A stretch of 64,000 nt of DNA from Candidatus Uhrbacteria bacterium. GTDB taxonomy: Bacteria > Patescibacteriota > Patescibacteriia > UBA9934 > GWF2-40-263. The translations under genes and the position numbers were made by a program. The DNA is taken from contig JAPLZK010000003.1 in NCBI GenBank assembly GCA_026395055.1, positions 278,379 to 342,378 on the forward strand. The letters run 5' to 3'. Below, piece after piece: positions 17,724-28,111 of this stretch. The notes beneath the pieces are model-generated. The model did no database searches. It was not told where the DNA came from and worked only from the letters and a program-made list of their open reading frames with translations. Numbering within the stretch: position 1 is the stretch's first letter; the number at the start of each line of letters is the position of its first letter.

Positions 17724-19099
17724 ACGGTTTGCAATCGCTTGTGTAATGCCGCTCGCGCCGCAGATCGATCATCCCACGGAATCTTCTTTCCATTTGCAAC
17801 GGCCATAACGGGTTCACATCCTTTTCCCGTAATCAAAACGAGATCTCCAGGCTGAGCAAGCAGAATCGCCTTTTCAATAGATTCTCCGCGATCAAGCACG
17901 CGAAAAAGGTCAATTCCCTCTTTTTTTCCCGCCTCAATGGCTGCGTCTGCAACCTGATCGATGATTTCTTGAGGATCATCGTCATATGGATCTTCATTTG
18001 TCACAATCACAATACTATCCATATCCGCACACATACGTCCGAGAATAGGTCTACGTGCGACATCTCTTCCACCACCTGCCGATCCAACGACGTGAATAAT
18101 TTTCTTGTGAGCGAACAGTTTGATTGTGTCATAAATCGCATTCAACGCTGCGGGTTCATACGCATAATCAACCACAACAGAGAAGGATTGCCCTTCTTCG
18201 ATCCGTTCAAATCTTCCAGGAATGGTTTCAAGATGTGAAACAGCGTCTCGGAGTGCTTCAAAGTCTAACCCGAGAGCGCGACACACGGAAATAGCCGCAA
18301 GCGCATTCTCAAGATAAAATCGTCCCACAAGTGGAACGTGGAAATGCAATCCATTCAAAAGAAAACCTGTTGAATTTGGGGCATAGACGACATCTTCCGC
18401 AATGATCGGAACAATTGAGAGCGGACGATCTTCAAGAACTGCCCCCCTCCCAACCTCCCCCCTCGCAGGGGGAGGAGTCATCGTATCGATTCCAAATCCA
18501 AATGATCGATCCAATCCAACAGACAAAAACTCCGTTGCGTACGGACTCATTAAGTTTACGACGGCTGTTTTTTCAAAGACTTGTCCTTGAATCTTTTTGC
18601 GACGCGAATGTTTGGTGTGAACAAAGAGTTGTTTCTTGGCATGTTTATAATTTTCAAACCCTCCATGTGCTTCAATGTGTTCCGGAGTGAGGTTTGTAAA
18701 CACAACCACATCATAATTAATTCCAACATGACGTGACTGGCTGATTCCTTGCGAGGAAGTCTCGACGATTGCGTACGTGCATCCAGCATCTACCATTTGT
18801 CGCAACATCTTTTGCGTGGCAAATCGTCCAAGCATGGTCATCTTTTGATCATTTACCCATTCTTGTTCCGCAATTTTAAAACTTGCGGTCCCCGTCCACC
18901 CAACGCGTGCACCCGCATGTTCAAGCATGCGTCCAATAAACTCTGTTGTGGAAGACTTTCCATTTGTTCCTGTAACCCCAATCACAACCAACTCATTTGA
19001 GGGATGGCGATACAAAACAGCCGCCGCACGCGCAAGTGAGTAGTGATAGCGATTTATCAAGGATTCCGGAACCAATGTTCGAATCAGACGTTTCAACAT
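17720..19099 (-). CDS. Mur ligase family protein (MurE-like UDP-MurNAc-tripeptide synthetase)
   Basis: VIGVTGTNGKSST P-loop. Mur ligase middle and C-terminal domains. About 459 aa. Cell-wall gene context. Confidence 0.7.
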   Translation of the reverse strand: MLKRLIRTLVPESLINRYHYSLARAAAVLYRHPSNELVVIGVTGTNGKSSTTEFIGRMLEHAGARVGWTGTASFKIAEQEWVNDQKMTMLGRFATQKMLRQMVDAGCTYAIVETSSQGISQSRHVGINYDVVVFTNLTPEHIEAHGGFENYKHAKKQLFVHTKHSRRKKIQGQVFEKTAVVNLMSPYATEFLSVGLDRSFGFGIDTMTPPPARGEVGRGAVLEDRPLSIVPIIAEDVVYAPNSTGFLLNGLHFHVPLVGRFYLENALAAISVCRALGLDFEALRDAVSHLETIPGRFERIEEGQSFSVVVDYAYEPAALNAIYDTIKLFAHKKIIHVVGSAGGGRDVARRPILGRMCADMDSIVIVTNEDPYDDDPQEIIDQVADAAIEAGKKEGIDLFRVLDRGESIEKAILLAQPGDLVLITGKGCEPVMAVANGKKIPWDDRSAARAALHKRLQTV

Positions 19100-19162
19100 A
19101 ACGGATCTATTCTACCATGAGAGAGAGAACAAAGAAAAAACCATGATTTCACGGAATCATGG

Positions 19163-19960
19163 TTAGGAACGTTTCTGAAGATGATGAAGGAACAATCCCG
19201 GTACAAGCACTTCTGTCGCCTTTTTCCAAGCTCGCAAGTCCTCTTCAAGGAGAACTGCTTGTGTGGACACAACCTTCAGCGTACCCATCGGGTGCATAGA
19301 TAACTCGCCATGTAATCGACGAGCAATATCACGAAGTGTGCCCTCATGACGCTTCAACTCTGTAAGCTGATCGGATACATGCTCTGAAACAACTTCTTTC
19401 CCGGAAGAAAATTGCCGCACGCGCATAAATTGACTCATCGCGGGCACGCAACGATTCCAGGCAAGCACGTCAAGGAAAAACGTCTGAAGGAGCTCGTAGC
19501 GAACATCTTGTTTTGGATCTGGAAATTTTGTGCGAATCAGATAACGAAATCGCACAACATGCGCAAGCGCGTAAACGGGCAACGTGACAATCGCGACAAG
19601 AATGGCGAAGGCATCCCACGGATGTTTTTCTTGTGAACCTTGTGAGAACGCAGAATCGTCATGTGTCAGGATCATGTGCATGACAAGCGCACTGAGCCCA
19701 GCGCAAATCAATCCAAGGAGAAATGCCCAAATGGGCTGCGCGCGTGACATGACGGAAAATACCCACATGTACAAAAACGAACTCGCAAGCCCAAGGACGA
19801 ACACCGCACTCAGCATGCGGTACGCTCGAAATAAAATCTGGGGTCGTTTTGTCATGAGCAAGAACGTCTCTCGAACAGATTTTGGCAATTCACTCAAGGG
19901 AATTCCTGATAAGTTCATTTCACCCTCCCAACAAAGAACGAAGAAAAAAGCGTATGTCAA
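19163..19960 (-). CDS. Hypothetical integral membrane protein
   Basis: Several predicted TM helices. Start ambiguous (MTYAFF.. or MNLSGIPL). Confidence 0.45.
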   Translation of the reverse strand: MTYAFFFVLCWEGEMNLSGIPLSELPKSVRETFLLMTKRPQILFRAYRMLSAVFVLGLASSFLYMWVFSVMSRAQPIWAFLLGLICAGLSALVMHMILTHDDSAFSQGSQEKHPWDAFAILVAIVTLPVYALAHVVRFRYLIRTKFPDPKQDVRYELLQTFFLDVLAWNRCVPAMSQFMRVRQFSSGKEVVSEHVSDQLTELKRHEGTLRDIARRLHGELSMHPMGTLKVVSTQAVLLEEDLRAWKKATEVLVPGLFLHHLQKRS

Positions 19961-19995
19961 AAAAGAGATTCTGTCAATCCTTGCACAAACAAAAA

Positions 19996-20022
19996 AAGGT
20001 GCCCATGCACCTCAACCGGAAA
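19996..20022 (-). terminator. Terminator downstream of the SLT gene
   Basis: Palindrome GGTGCccaTGCACC with an A7/T7 flank. Confidence 0.45.
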
Positions 20023-20208
20023 CTGTGTCTGGGTGATCCGAGCCACCGGGAGGACCGAGGAATGCCTGTGTGATGTGGATGTTTTTCGCCTGTGGCAATA
20101 ACATCGTTCACACAATCAACCTATCAGTGGCACGAAGCGATTTATGAGTCTGACTTAAGGGAACTCCTCCGAAACGTGACCTTAATTAAATATATGATAC
20201 CACAAAAC

Positions 20209-21318
20209 TTATTCTGCTGCAGCTTCTATCTGTTTTGCATGATGCTCTGCACGTTCTGCAATCGCATCAAGCGCGAATGGATACGTGATGGAATGTGGAA
20301 CCTCTCCCCCTTTTGCTTTTTCGTGTTCATACAGCGCAAGAGCCGTAACACCTGCATCGGATAAAACCTTTGGAAGATCTGCTCGCTTTTGTTTCCAAGA
20401 AACTTTTGCTTTTGTATATGCCATTCCTGCAGCCTCGAAGGCACCGATTGCTCGACGGAGCGCCTGACGATCCACATCCGTTACACGCCCACCTTTCATG
20501 CGCTTCAAAATGGCATCACGTTGTTTCTGCGCTTGAAGCTCTGCCGCATGATGACGTTGCATATCTGTCCAATCTTTTTCTCCCAAATCAATTTTAGGAA
20601 ACGCTTCTTTGATTTTTTGTTCAAGCCCTACACGGCCACCTGCATAATCAATGATCGCGAGTCCGAGCTGACCGTATTGTTTTTCGAGTGCATGCAAACG
20701 AAGTGCTGCAAGACGCACAGCAATTTTTGTTTCCTTCAAATCGTCTGATGTGTTCACTTCAATGGGAAACTCAAAACACGCCTTTGCATCTTTCGCGGCT
20801 TCTTGCGCCGTTTCAAGCGTCATCTGATAGGGGCCATATACACTCGTATCCGATCTCTCCGCTTCTTCCTTAAACTGACTTTCAATAAGCCCCATGGCAA
20901 TAAGGACGCGTTCTGGCACACCTGTTTTCTCAGAAGCGTAGTGAATGCTCTTCTGAATAGATGCCCAACGTTCCGTATCACGACACGCGCCAAAATATTT
21001 TTCTTCGTTCTTTGCATCACCATACCGATGCGAACGAATAAGTTCCGCAGCACTCTCAAGGGCTGCCTGCATTTTATCGAGCGGAACTTTGTGCGAACGT
21101 AATTCCGCTTCAATGGGGTGTTCCGCACAAAATTTTGGATCCGATTCTGGTCCAAGTTCTTTTTTCTCAATTGGTTTTTCTGGTTTAGAGATTGGCTTCT
21201 CGGCAACAGGCTTTACAGGCTCACGCTCAACAAGCGCTGCGATTCCGCCTACCGCAAGGAGTCCTGCAACGATTCTGGGTAAAAAGCGATTCTTATTCAT
21301 ACGCATATATGCTAACAA
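20209..21318 (-). CDS. Lytic transglycosylase (SLT domain) protein
   Basis: N-terminal TM/signal. SLT motifs AMGLIESQF...VYGPYQMT. Confidence 0.7.
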   Translation of the reverse strand: MLAYMRMNKNRFLPRIVAGLLAVGGIAALVEREPVKPVAEKPISKPEKPIEKKELGPESDPKFCAEHPIEAELRSHKVPLDKMQAALESAAELIRSHRYGDAKNEEKYFGACRDTERWASIQKSIHYASEKTGVPERVLIAMGLIESQFKEEAERSDTSVYGPYQMTLETAQEAAKDAKACFEFPIEVNTSDDLKETKIAVRLAALRLHALEKQYGQLGLAIIDYAGGRVGLEQKIKEAFPKIDLGEKDWTDMQRHHAAELQAQKQRDAILKRMKGGRVTDVDRQALRRAIGAFEAAGMAYTKAKVSWKQKRADLPKVLSDAGVTALALYEHEKAKGGEVPHSITYPFALDAIAERAEHHAKQIEAAAE

Positions 21319-21369
21319 ATTTTTCTGATCTCGACGAACCGCTCCTTTTTTGATACCCTATCTCTACCT

Positions 21370-22098
21370 ATGAAACATAAACTTCTTTCCATTTCATCGT
21401 TTGTTGCATACGCATCTGTCCTGTCTCTTTTGATTGCTCCTGCTGCATTCGCAAGAACTCCTTACAACGCGCTTGCAAAAAAACTTCCTTCAAATACTTC
21501 AAAGGGCGTCTACAACACAACAGACCCCCTTCAGTCAGACACACAAGTAAGTGGAGTCATTTGGGGAAAGAATGGTTCCACCTTTATTATTCGTCTTCCA
21601 AAAGATGACGCGGGATACAACGTCCTTTTTTCTGGAGATACTATTATTACAAAAAATGGCGTTGCAACAAGTTCAAAAAGCATTGTGAAAGGTGTTGCCG
21701 TAACGGTTACAGGAACATTAGACACATCCACATACACCATCAAAGCCACAACGGTTGAACTCGGAAAAACCGTCTCCGCCTCTGCAAAGCCGGTTCCAAT
21801 CACAACAAAAGAAACTGCAGACACATCACCCAAACTCACAGAAACACCAAAGACACCAACAAACACTCAACCGCAAAAATCAAAAACCATTTCAACATCT
21901 TTAAAACAAGGAAGTCACGGACCAGATGTCACCCTCCTCCAAGAAAAACTGGTTCGTCTTGGATTCTTGGCAAAAGAAAGCGCGACGGGTTATTATGGCC
22001 CACAGACAACAAAAGCCGTACAGGCCTTTCAAAAAAAACATAAGTTAAGTCCTGTTGGAACTGTTGGATCAAAAACATTGAGTTTGTTAAATCAGTAA
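21370..22098 (+). CDS. Secreted protein with C-terminal peptidoglycan-binding (PG_binding_1) domain
   Basis: Signal peptide MKHKLLSISSFVAYASVLSLLIAPAAFA. C-terminal GSHGPDVTLLQEKLVRLGFL...GYYGPQTTKAVQAFQKKHKL. Confidence 0.65.
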   Translation: MKHKLLSISSFVAYASVLSLLIAPAAFARTPYNALAKKLPSNTSKGVYNTTDPLQSDTQVSGVIWGKNGSTFIIRLPKDDAGYNVLFSGDTIITKNGVATSSKSIVKGVAVTVTGTLDTSTYTIKATTVELGKTVSASAKPVPITTKETADTSPKLTETPKTPTNTQPQKSKTISTSLKQGSHGPDVTLLQEKLVRLGFLAKESATGYYGPQTTKAVQAFQKKHKLSPVGTVGSKTLSLLNQ

Positions 22099-22116
22099 CA
22101 AAGTATTCTGCGTTGT

Positions 22117-22404
22117 ATGGGAAGAGAAAATTTGGGACCAATCCCTTTGGACATGCCTAAAGTTCCGTTTATCCCACCAGAAAAAGATCATGACTGGCAC
22201 CCAACCCCCCTTCAAGAACCACCCCCATCCATTGATCCATCAGATGATGGTGATGGAACTCCCCCCACGCACCCTGAAGACCAAGATCATCCAACACAAG
22301 AAGACGAAATGGGAGACAATGTGATTGTCGACCACAGCATAAAACGAAAACACGATGACGACGACCGCCTCTGGGATCCCATGAAACCAGATGACGAGAT
22401 GTAA
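22117..22404 (+). CDS. Hypothetical acidic Pro/Asp-rich small protein (95 aa)
   Basis: ORF with low-complexity acidic composition. Followed directly by a palindromic element/terminator. Confidence 0.35.
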   Translation: MGRENLGPIPLDMPKVPFIPPEKDHDWHPTPLQEPPPSIDPSDDGDGTPPTHPEDQDHPTQEDEMGDNVIVDHSIKRKHDDDDRLWDPMKPDDEM

Positions 22405-22405
22405 C

Positions 22406-22472
22406 GCACCAAAACAATAAAATCCCAAACTCCAATATTTGGAATTTGGGATTTTCTTTTTGGTGCTTTTTT
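22406..22472. repeat. Palindromic GCACCAAA...TTTGGTGC element (copy 1), acting as a terminator between convergent genes
   Basis: GCACCAAAACAATAAAATCCCAAACTCCAATATTTGGAATTTGGGATTTTCTTTTTGGTGC followed by T6. The right half is 26/29 identical to the copy at 61566..61637. Confidence 0.55.
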
Positions 22473-22475
22473 ATT

Positions 22476-23972
22476 TTACGTTACGTTTGGAGCAAGTTCA
22501 CCGGATCCTGTCTTCTTCATGCGCTCCCCAACCATTTTTTCAAATTGATCCCCGCGATCAAATTCATTTTTAAATACTCCGAAGCTTGCCGTCCCCGGCG
22601 AAAGCAACACGATGTCTCCAAGTGTTGCGACAGATGCCGCGGCCTCAAACGCTTTTTCCATAGAATCCACACGAGTATGCGGAACAGTACCAATCGCTTT
22701 CTCAACATCATTCGTTGCCGTTCCTTCAAAGAGGACAACATACTTACATTCTTTCTGCACCGACGCTCCCATTTGTTCAAATGTAAACCCCTTGGTCGAT
22801 CCACCCGCGAGAAGAATAATGTTTCCTCCGTTTCCAAAACGTGCGAGTGCGGCCATGGTTCCTTCTGGGCTCGTTGCCGTGGTGTCATTTACATACATGA
22901 CACCTTCTACTTCGCCAATCACTTGCTGACGACCAGGAAGCCCTGCAAAGGATTTAAGTGTCTCGAGAATATCTTCATCGCTTACCCCCACAAGATGCGC
23001 CGCAAGTGATGCGCACAAAACGTTGTAAACATTATGTTCGCCAACCAGAGCAATATCTTTTATGTTTGCGAATGTTACTGGCGCACTTGAAGAACTGAAT
23101 TTAAGATCATCCCCATCTTTAAACGCTCCAACTTTTCCTTCTGTGAGCGGCGAGAGCGAAACCCAAAACTTCTTTTCGGAATGTGCACGGTCTGCAATTT
23201 CATTTGTAATCTCTTGGTCTGCATTAAAAATAGCCGTTTGATCAGGACGTTGAACCTCAAAAATAATTTCCTTCGCCTTCACGTACGCCTCAAAGGATGC
23301 ATAACGATCCAGGTGATCCTTATAGGCATTCGTCAAAATAGCGATGTCCGGTCCTTTTCCAAGATCTTGAATACTCTCGAGAAGCCACGATGAGAGTTCG
23401 AGCACAACGGGTACAGATTCTTTTTCTTCAAGAAGCCAATCAAGATCTTCAAGTGGGGAACGTGTAATATTTCCGGCAATCACCGTCTTTGGATTTTTTC
23501 GTCGTAAAATTTCTCCGAGCAATGCGGTTGTTGTGGACTTTCCACGTGTTCCAGTGATGGAGTAAATCGGGAACGGACAGTATCGAAAAAACAACGAGAT
23601 ATCCGACTCCACATGGATTCCCTCTTTCTTTGCGAGTTCAACAAATTCTGATTCTCGCGCAACACCGGGGTTTTGCATCACGAGATCCACGTTTGTGAAA
23701 TCGTCTTCATGATGCTCTCCCAAAACGAACACAGGCGGATACACATGACCCGTTGGGTGCGCTTTTTTATATGTGTCGTACCAGGTCATGATCTCGTCAA
23801 CAGATTCCTTCAGTTCAACTTCTGATTTCAAATCTGTGATCACAATCTGTGCTCCATGACGCATGAGCCATTTTGCCGCGCCAACACCGCTTCCCTGTTT
23901 AAATCGTCCAAGACCCATAACAGTTACCATTGCGTCCTGAAAGTTTTCGATTTTTGAGAGATCAAGAGACAT
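22476..23972 (-). CDS. murD: UDP-N-acetylmuramoylalanine--D-glutamate ligase
   Basis: N-terminal Rossmann VMGLGRFKQGSGVGAAKWL and P-loop ITGTRGKSTTT. Start at MSLDLSK. Confidence 0.88.
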   Translation of the reverse strand: MSLDLSKIENFQDAMVTVMGLGRFKQGSGVGAAKWLMRHGAQIVITDLKSEVELKESVDEIMTWYDTYKKAHPTGHVYPPVFVLGEHHEDDFTNVDLVMQNPGVARESEFVELAKKEGIHVESDISLFFRYCPFPIYSITGTRGKSTTTALLGEILRRKNPKTVIAGNITRSPLEDLDWLLEEKESVPVVLELSSWLLESIQDLGKGPDIAILTNAYKDHLDRYASFEAYVKAKEIIFEVQRPDQTAIFNADQEITNEIADRAHSEKKFWVSLSPLTEGKVGAFKDGDDLKFSSSSAPVTFANIKDIALVGEHNVYNVLCASLAAHLVGVSDEDILETLKSFAGLPGRQQVIGEVEGVMYVNDTTATSPEGTMAALARFGNGGNIILLAGGSTKGFTFEQMGASVQKECKYVVLFEGTATNDVEKAIGTVPHTRVDSMEKAFEAAASVATLGDIVLLSPGTASFGVFKNEFDRGDQFEKMVGERMKKTGSGELAPNVT

Positions 23973-23976
23973 AACA

Positions 23977-24639
23977 TTAAAATTTTCCAATGAATTTTGC
24001 AAAGCGCACACGAATAAGCGACCAAACAATCTGTCCAGTCATCGCAACATATTGTACCACAGCTTTTGGCCATCCAATTTTCTGATACTTCCGACGAATC
24101 GATAACTGTGGAAGATCTACAGATCCATATGGCAAGCTACGCGTCTGACAAAAATAATTGAATGCCACCTCAATCATGAATCCTCGATAAAATTGCCTCG
24201 GAATACCTTCCGCAATCTCTCGACGAAGCGCCCGCTCACCACTTATCAAGGGAAACCAATGTGTCAGTGGTGTAAAAAGAGCCCCACGATCACGAATACC
24301 AACTTGCATCGAGCGTGTTCGATCGAGCACTGGACGAATCAGCTGTTCAAGGTGCGCTGTCGTGAGCCCAATCAGATCCGCATCCAAAAACACAATGATC
24401 GAAGCGTCTGTTTGTTCGAGTCCCTTAATCATCGCTCCACCTTTTCCAACATTTTGTTTGAGATTAATAACCCGTGCACCCGCGTTCTTTGCAAGATCCG
24501 CCGTCTCATCAAGAGAACCGTCAGAAACCACAACAACTTCATCCACGAGTGGACATGAAGCAGCAACACAAACAACGTCTCCAATGGTTTGAGCTTCATT
24601 GTACGCAGGAATGATAACAACAACGGTTTCTTTATTCAT
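23977..24639 (-). CDS. Glycosyltransferase family 2 (polyprenyl-phosphate sugar transferase-like)
   Basis: VVIIPAYNEAQTI...VVVVSDGSLDET...FLDADL (DxD). Confidence 0.75.
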   Translation of the reverse strand: MNKETVVVIIPAYNEAQTIGDVVCVAASCPLVDEVVVVSDGSLDETADLAKNAGARVINLKQNVGKGGAMIKGLEQTDASIIVFLDADLIGLTTAHLEQLIRPVLDRTRSMQVGIRDRGALFTPLTHWFPLISGERALRREIAEGIPRQFYRGFMIEVAFNYFCQTRSLPYGSVDLPQLSIRRKYQKIGWPKAVVQYVAMTGQIVWSLIRVRFAKFIGKF

Positions 24640-25303
24640 ACCCTTGCGTAAACCCGCGTCGATTGTTTAATAAACGTGTGAGATATTGCTGAAGATGACG
24701 TTTGATTTGTGTCCCGGGCGCAAGAAATGCGTGTGCCTGGTCATCTCCTTCCGCGGCCATGAACGCAAGAGAGATCAAAATACGTTCAAGATACACAATC
24801 GCAAGGGAGAATTCTTTTTTCGCAAGCGCGATAGACAATGGATCGTCGTGCGTTTCTTCTGAAAGAGCAATGGCACATTTAATAGGAACCATCTTTATGT
24901 TCACGCGAACACGAAACGCATGCTCTTTGGAATGACCTTTACGCGCGTACGCATCCGAAGCGTAAATAAACACCTGATCCGCATACCGAAAGAGTTGCTC
25001 ATAAAATGGCGGCCTCTGTGTGTCACACACAAGATCGTCCTCTTGATTCACCCGATCATTGTGCGATTCCCAAAGCGGTTTTTCTGCGCGAGGATTCATG
25101 AGCCACTTTAAATCCATTTGCATAGCGAGCTCAGAGTCTGCCTGTTCTTCTGTGTCCAGTTGTTCCGCAATAATAACCTGTTCCATGGTTTGAACGCGCC
25201 CACTTATAGATTCGTGCAAATCATAAATATCATCGATATCTTCTTCAAGTAAATCGACTTCATCACGACGGAACATCCATGGGGATTCGGGATCAGAAAG
25301 CAT
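24632..25303 (-). CDS. Hypothetical protein with acidic N-terminus (223 aa)
   Basis: ORF only. No motif recognised. Confidence 0.4.
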   Translation of the reverse strand: MLSDPESPWMFRRDEVDLLEEDIDDIYDLHESISGRVQTMEQVIIAEQLDTEEQADSELAMQMDLKWLMNPRAEKPLWESHNDRVNQEDDLVCDTQRPPFYEQLFRYADQVFIYASDAYARKGHSKEHAFRVRVNIKMVPIKCAIALSEETHDDPLSIALAKKEFSLAIVYLERILISLAFMAAEGDDQAHAFLAPGTQIKRHLQQYLTRLLNNRRGFTQGYE

Positions 25304-25373
25304 GGGTGCATTGTACGGATTTGGTCAGCTTGCGTCTAGCCGATCACGGTTCGACCTGATAAACTACCCGTAT

Positions 25374-26456
25374 ATGAAAAAATCGTTCTTGGTCTTGTTC
25401 TTGATTGTCATCCTTATTGGAATCTCCTCACAGATTTCTCGCGCGGACGATTCTGTGCCCACACACATCAGCTCAACACCTGAAATCACAGATCACGGAA
25501 CGTTTCATGTCGCAAGATATAAAAGTGATCTGGTCATTCAAGCTCTTGGACTCGTTCACGGAAACCTTTTAGCAAGTTTTTCCACAACAGAACATGCATG
25601 GTTTTTTAAAACAGGATTCACACCTGTCACAGGAACAGATCCTGCAAAAGCACTCGGATACCCAAGCATGCAAACAGCAGAATCATTTCTCCATATCGAA
25701 AAGAAGAGTCCGTGTATAAAATTTAAAGACGCCGTGAGCGAAGTTGCCATCACAGAAACAAAAACACTTTGTCTTTCCTCATCTCCCGGCGGAGACTTCA
25801 CGCTTCACTTACTTCCCGCCTTAAAAGACAAACCGATCCCAATTGGTTTTGGAAAACATCCCATTCTGGAAAAGACACGTGTGAGTTGGGTTGGCTATGA
25901 TGGAAATCTCTACATCGCCTCCTTACACCCATCTTTATTTGCTGACGATGTAACCGCTCTCAAAGAAAAAACCAGTCCAACTGTTTTCCTTCTCAGAAAT
26001 GAAATGAAATACAGTGTCCCATCCGAACAGGTTTTTTACACCTGGTTTGATTCATTCAAATCTGTTTCCTTGATTGACGCACGCAAACTGGCAACGTATC
26101 CCATCCAAGCAAAAGCAGGGTTTCGTCCAAACACATTAATCCAATTTACAGACTCGCCAGATATTTACGTATACCAACCTGCAAACGAACCACATCTTGC
26201 GTTTGGAAAAGCCGTGGTCATCATCACAGAGAAGCCAGACAAATGGGTTATTCAAGATCCAAAAAACAAAAAACTCACATTTGATTTCATAAAAAGACCA
26301 GAACTCTTGCGACATATTGCGTCGCAAACAGATCTGGACAATACATTTGGACCAACATGGAACATGCATGTTCTCAAACTCGATGCGAGTCTGAGAACGA
26401 AATACAACACAGACAAAACAGACTTCAACCCAAAAACAGATATCATCTACGAATAA
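25374..26456 (+). CDS. Hypothetical secreted protein
   Basis: Signal peptide MKKSFLVLFLIVILIGISSQISRA. No recognised domain. Confidence 0.5.
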   Translation: MKKSFLVLFLIVILIGISSQISRADDSVPTHISSTPEITDHGTFHVARYKSDLVIQALGLVHGNLLASFSTTEHAWFFKTGFTPVTGTDPAKALGYPSMQTAESFLHIEKKSPCIKFKDAVSEVAITETKTLCLSSSPGGDFTLHLLPALKDKPIPIGFGKHPILEKTRVSWVGYDGNLYIASLHPSLFADDVTALKEKTSPTVFLLRNEMKYSVPSEQVFYTWFDSFKSVSLIDARKLATYPIQAKAGFRPNTLIQFTDSPDIYVYQPANEPHLAFGKAVVIITEKPDKWVIQDPKNKKLTFDFIKRPELLRHIASQTDLDNTFGPTWNMHVLKLDASLRTKYNTDKTDFNPKTDIIYE

Positions 26457-26458
26457 AA

Positions 26459-26483
26459 AAGAGACCCATCATGGGTCTCTTTT
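26459..26483. terminator. Bidirectional terminator
   Basis: AGAGACCCATcATGGGTCTCT hairpin flanked by A and T runs, between convergent genes. Confidence 0.6.
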
Positions 26484-26487
26484 TTTC

Positions 26488-27069
26488 TTATGCTCCCCGA
26501 GCCGTCTGCAGGGCGTTTCCCCACCACAGCAATTGCTCAATAGTTCCTTTTGCCTTGTCATCAAGTGGTTTCAGAAGTTCGACAGGATTCACATTTGCAT
26601 CTTGGAATGCTTTCATCATGTAATCAAACGTAATCCCAACTGTATTTCGAATCGGCACCATTTGCAACTCGACCACTACTTGTCGAAGTTGTTCCACAGA
26701 TCGCGCGCCACCAACAGAACCATACGCCACGAAGGCGACCGGCTTGTTATTCCATTCCTGATACACCCAGTCCATCGCATTCTTGAGCGATGCCGGGTAT
26801 CCGTGATTATATTCTGGCGTCACAACAATAAATGCATCCGCCTCCGCAATCTTTGCCGTCCATCGCACAACTTCCGGATGTGTATATGGCACTTTCTTCA
26901 TGCTTGGCGAAACCGGGTCATTAAAAAATGGCATCGGAAATTCTTTCAAATCCAAAAGCTCAACCTCAACACCTGGTGTCTTCTTTGCATGTTCCAAAAT
27001 CCATGCAGCTGGCTTATCACCAAATCGACCTTCGCGAACACTCGCAAGAATAATTTTGATCTTTAACAT
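26488..27069 (-). CDS. NADPH-dependent FMN reductase family flavoprotein
   Basis: Flavodoxin-like fold with ILASVREGRFGDKPAAWIL...ADAFIVVTPEYNHGYPASLKNAMDW. Confidence 0.72.
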   Translation of the reverse strand: MLKIKIILASVREGRFGDKPAAWILEHAKKTPGVEVELLDLKEFPMPFFNDPVSPSMKKVPYTHPEVVRWTAKIAEADAFIVVTPEYNHGYPASLKNAMDWVYQEWNNKPVAFVAYGSVGGARSVEQLRQVVVELQMVPIRNTVGITFDYMMKAFQDANVNPVELLKPLDDKAKGTIEQLLWWGNALQTARGA

Positions 27070-27160
27070 AGAGAAACCTATTATGAATAGTTCGAACCAA
27101 TCATACGCCGACGCGGGCCAGAAAACAAAACACCTCGATCGCTCGAAGTGTTTCTTTGGG

Positions 27161-27316
27161 TTACATTTCGTCTTCGTCTAATCCCATATCCAATTTATTT
27201 TCGTCATCACCCTTGAAATCAACGCCGTCGTTCTTTGCGCAATCAGAGCACATTTCGTCTTCGTTGATGTCGATTTCTTCTGCTCCACAAACAGAGCAAG
27301 TTCCTGTGCCTCCCAT
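27161..27316 (-). CDS. Acidic zinc-ribbon miniprotein (51 aa, CxxC...CxxC)
   Basis: Manual translation MGGTGTCSVCGAEEIDINEDEMCSDCAKNDGVDFKGDDENKLDMGLDEDEM. Absent from the ORF track (<60 aa). Terminator hairpin downstream. No clear SD. Confidence 0.35.
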   Translation of the reverse strand: MGGTGTCSVCGAEEIDINEDEMCSDCAKNDGVDFKGDDENKLDMGLDEDEM

Positions 27317-27460
27317 AGAAATTTATGTTAAGTGTTAATGCGACAATCGTAATATAAATACGAAGTGAATGCAACGAGATTGTCAAGACTCTCCCACCAC
27401 TTCCGCCCCCCAGAGATTTGCCTAAAAAAAATCCGCTCAATGCGGAAAGAGTGCCGGAGG

Positions 27461-27817
27461 TTAATCCGGAAAAATGAGATCATTTGCGATGGCATCTGAC
27501 AACGTGACAAAGCTTGTAGACTCATCTTGTTGCTCAGCGATGCCCGTAACATCTTTGTGTATCCTCGAGGCCGTATCGCCATATCCGAGTTCCTGAAGGA
27601 TTCGCTCTGAGGTTTCTCTGCGAAGAATCATCTCGCGCAGAATCACGACCTTCTCGCGAGGAACAGGAAACATGGCGCGTTTCCAAAACTCATCTTCATC
27701 AAGCATCTCCCCAACCGGCAGTCCACCAATTGGATCGTAGAACAATCGAATGTCCCCACACGACGCTCTGCGAAAAAGAACGTAATCAGCGTTTGTGTGC
27801 ACTAAATGGAGTTCCAT
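27461..27817 (-). CDS. Hypothetical protein
   Basis: ORF (MELHLVHTNADYV...). No motif recognised. Confidence 0.4.
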   Translation of the reverse strand: MELHLVHTNADYVLFRRASCGDIRLFYDPIGGLPVGEMLDEDEFWKRAMFPVPREKVVILREMILRRETSERILQELGYGDTASRIHKDVTGIAEQQDESTSFVTLSDAIANDLIFPD

Positions 27818-27913
27818 GCATAACCTCATTGTTGCTGAGACAGTTTGTTTTAAAATGCATCCTCTGTCAAGAAATCAAAATAAAAAAATCCACCGAGATT
27901 CGGCGGATACGTA

Positions 27914-28054
27914 CTAGAGTTCGTTTGTGTCCTTTGGAACATATGCATTGCGAGGAACAATATTCTTTTTTGCTTGAAGGTTTTCCCAAGCAATAATCCA
28001 CGCGATCATCGCAACATATACGATCACAACAAAGTATTCCATCTTCTCCTCCAT
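27914..28054 (-). CDS. Possible 46-aa single-TM miniprotein
   Basis: Manual translation MEEKMEYFVVIVYVAMIAWIIAWENLQAKKNIVPRNAYVPKDTNEL. No SD. Competes with another-frame ORF 27867..28115. Confidence 0.2.
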   Translation of the reverse strand: MEEKMEYFVVIVYVAMIAWIIAWENLQAKKNIVPRNAYVPKDTNEL

Positions 28055-28111
28055 AGTCAAAAGAACTCGCAACAATTATTTCAAATAACAAGTGCATCAA
28101 GATGAAGACAT

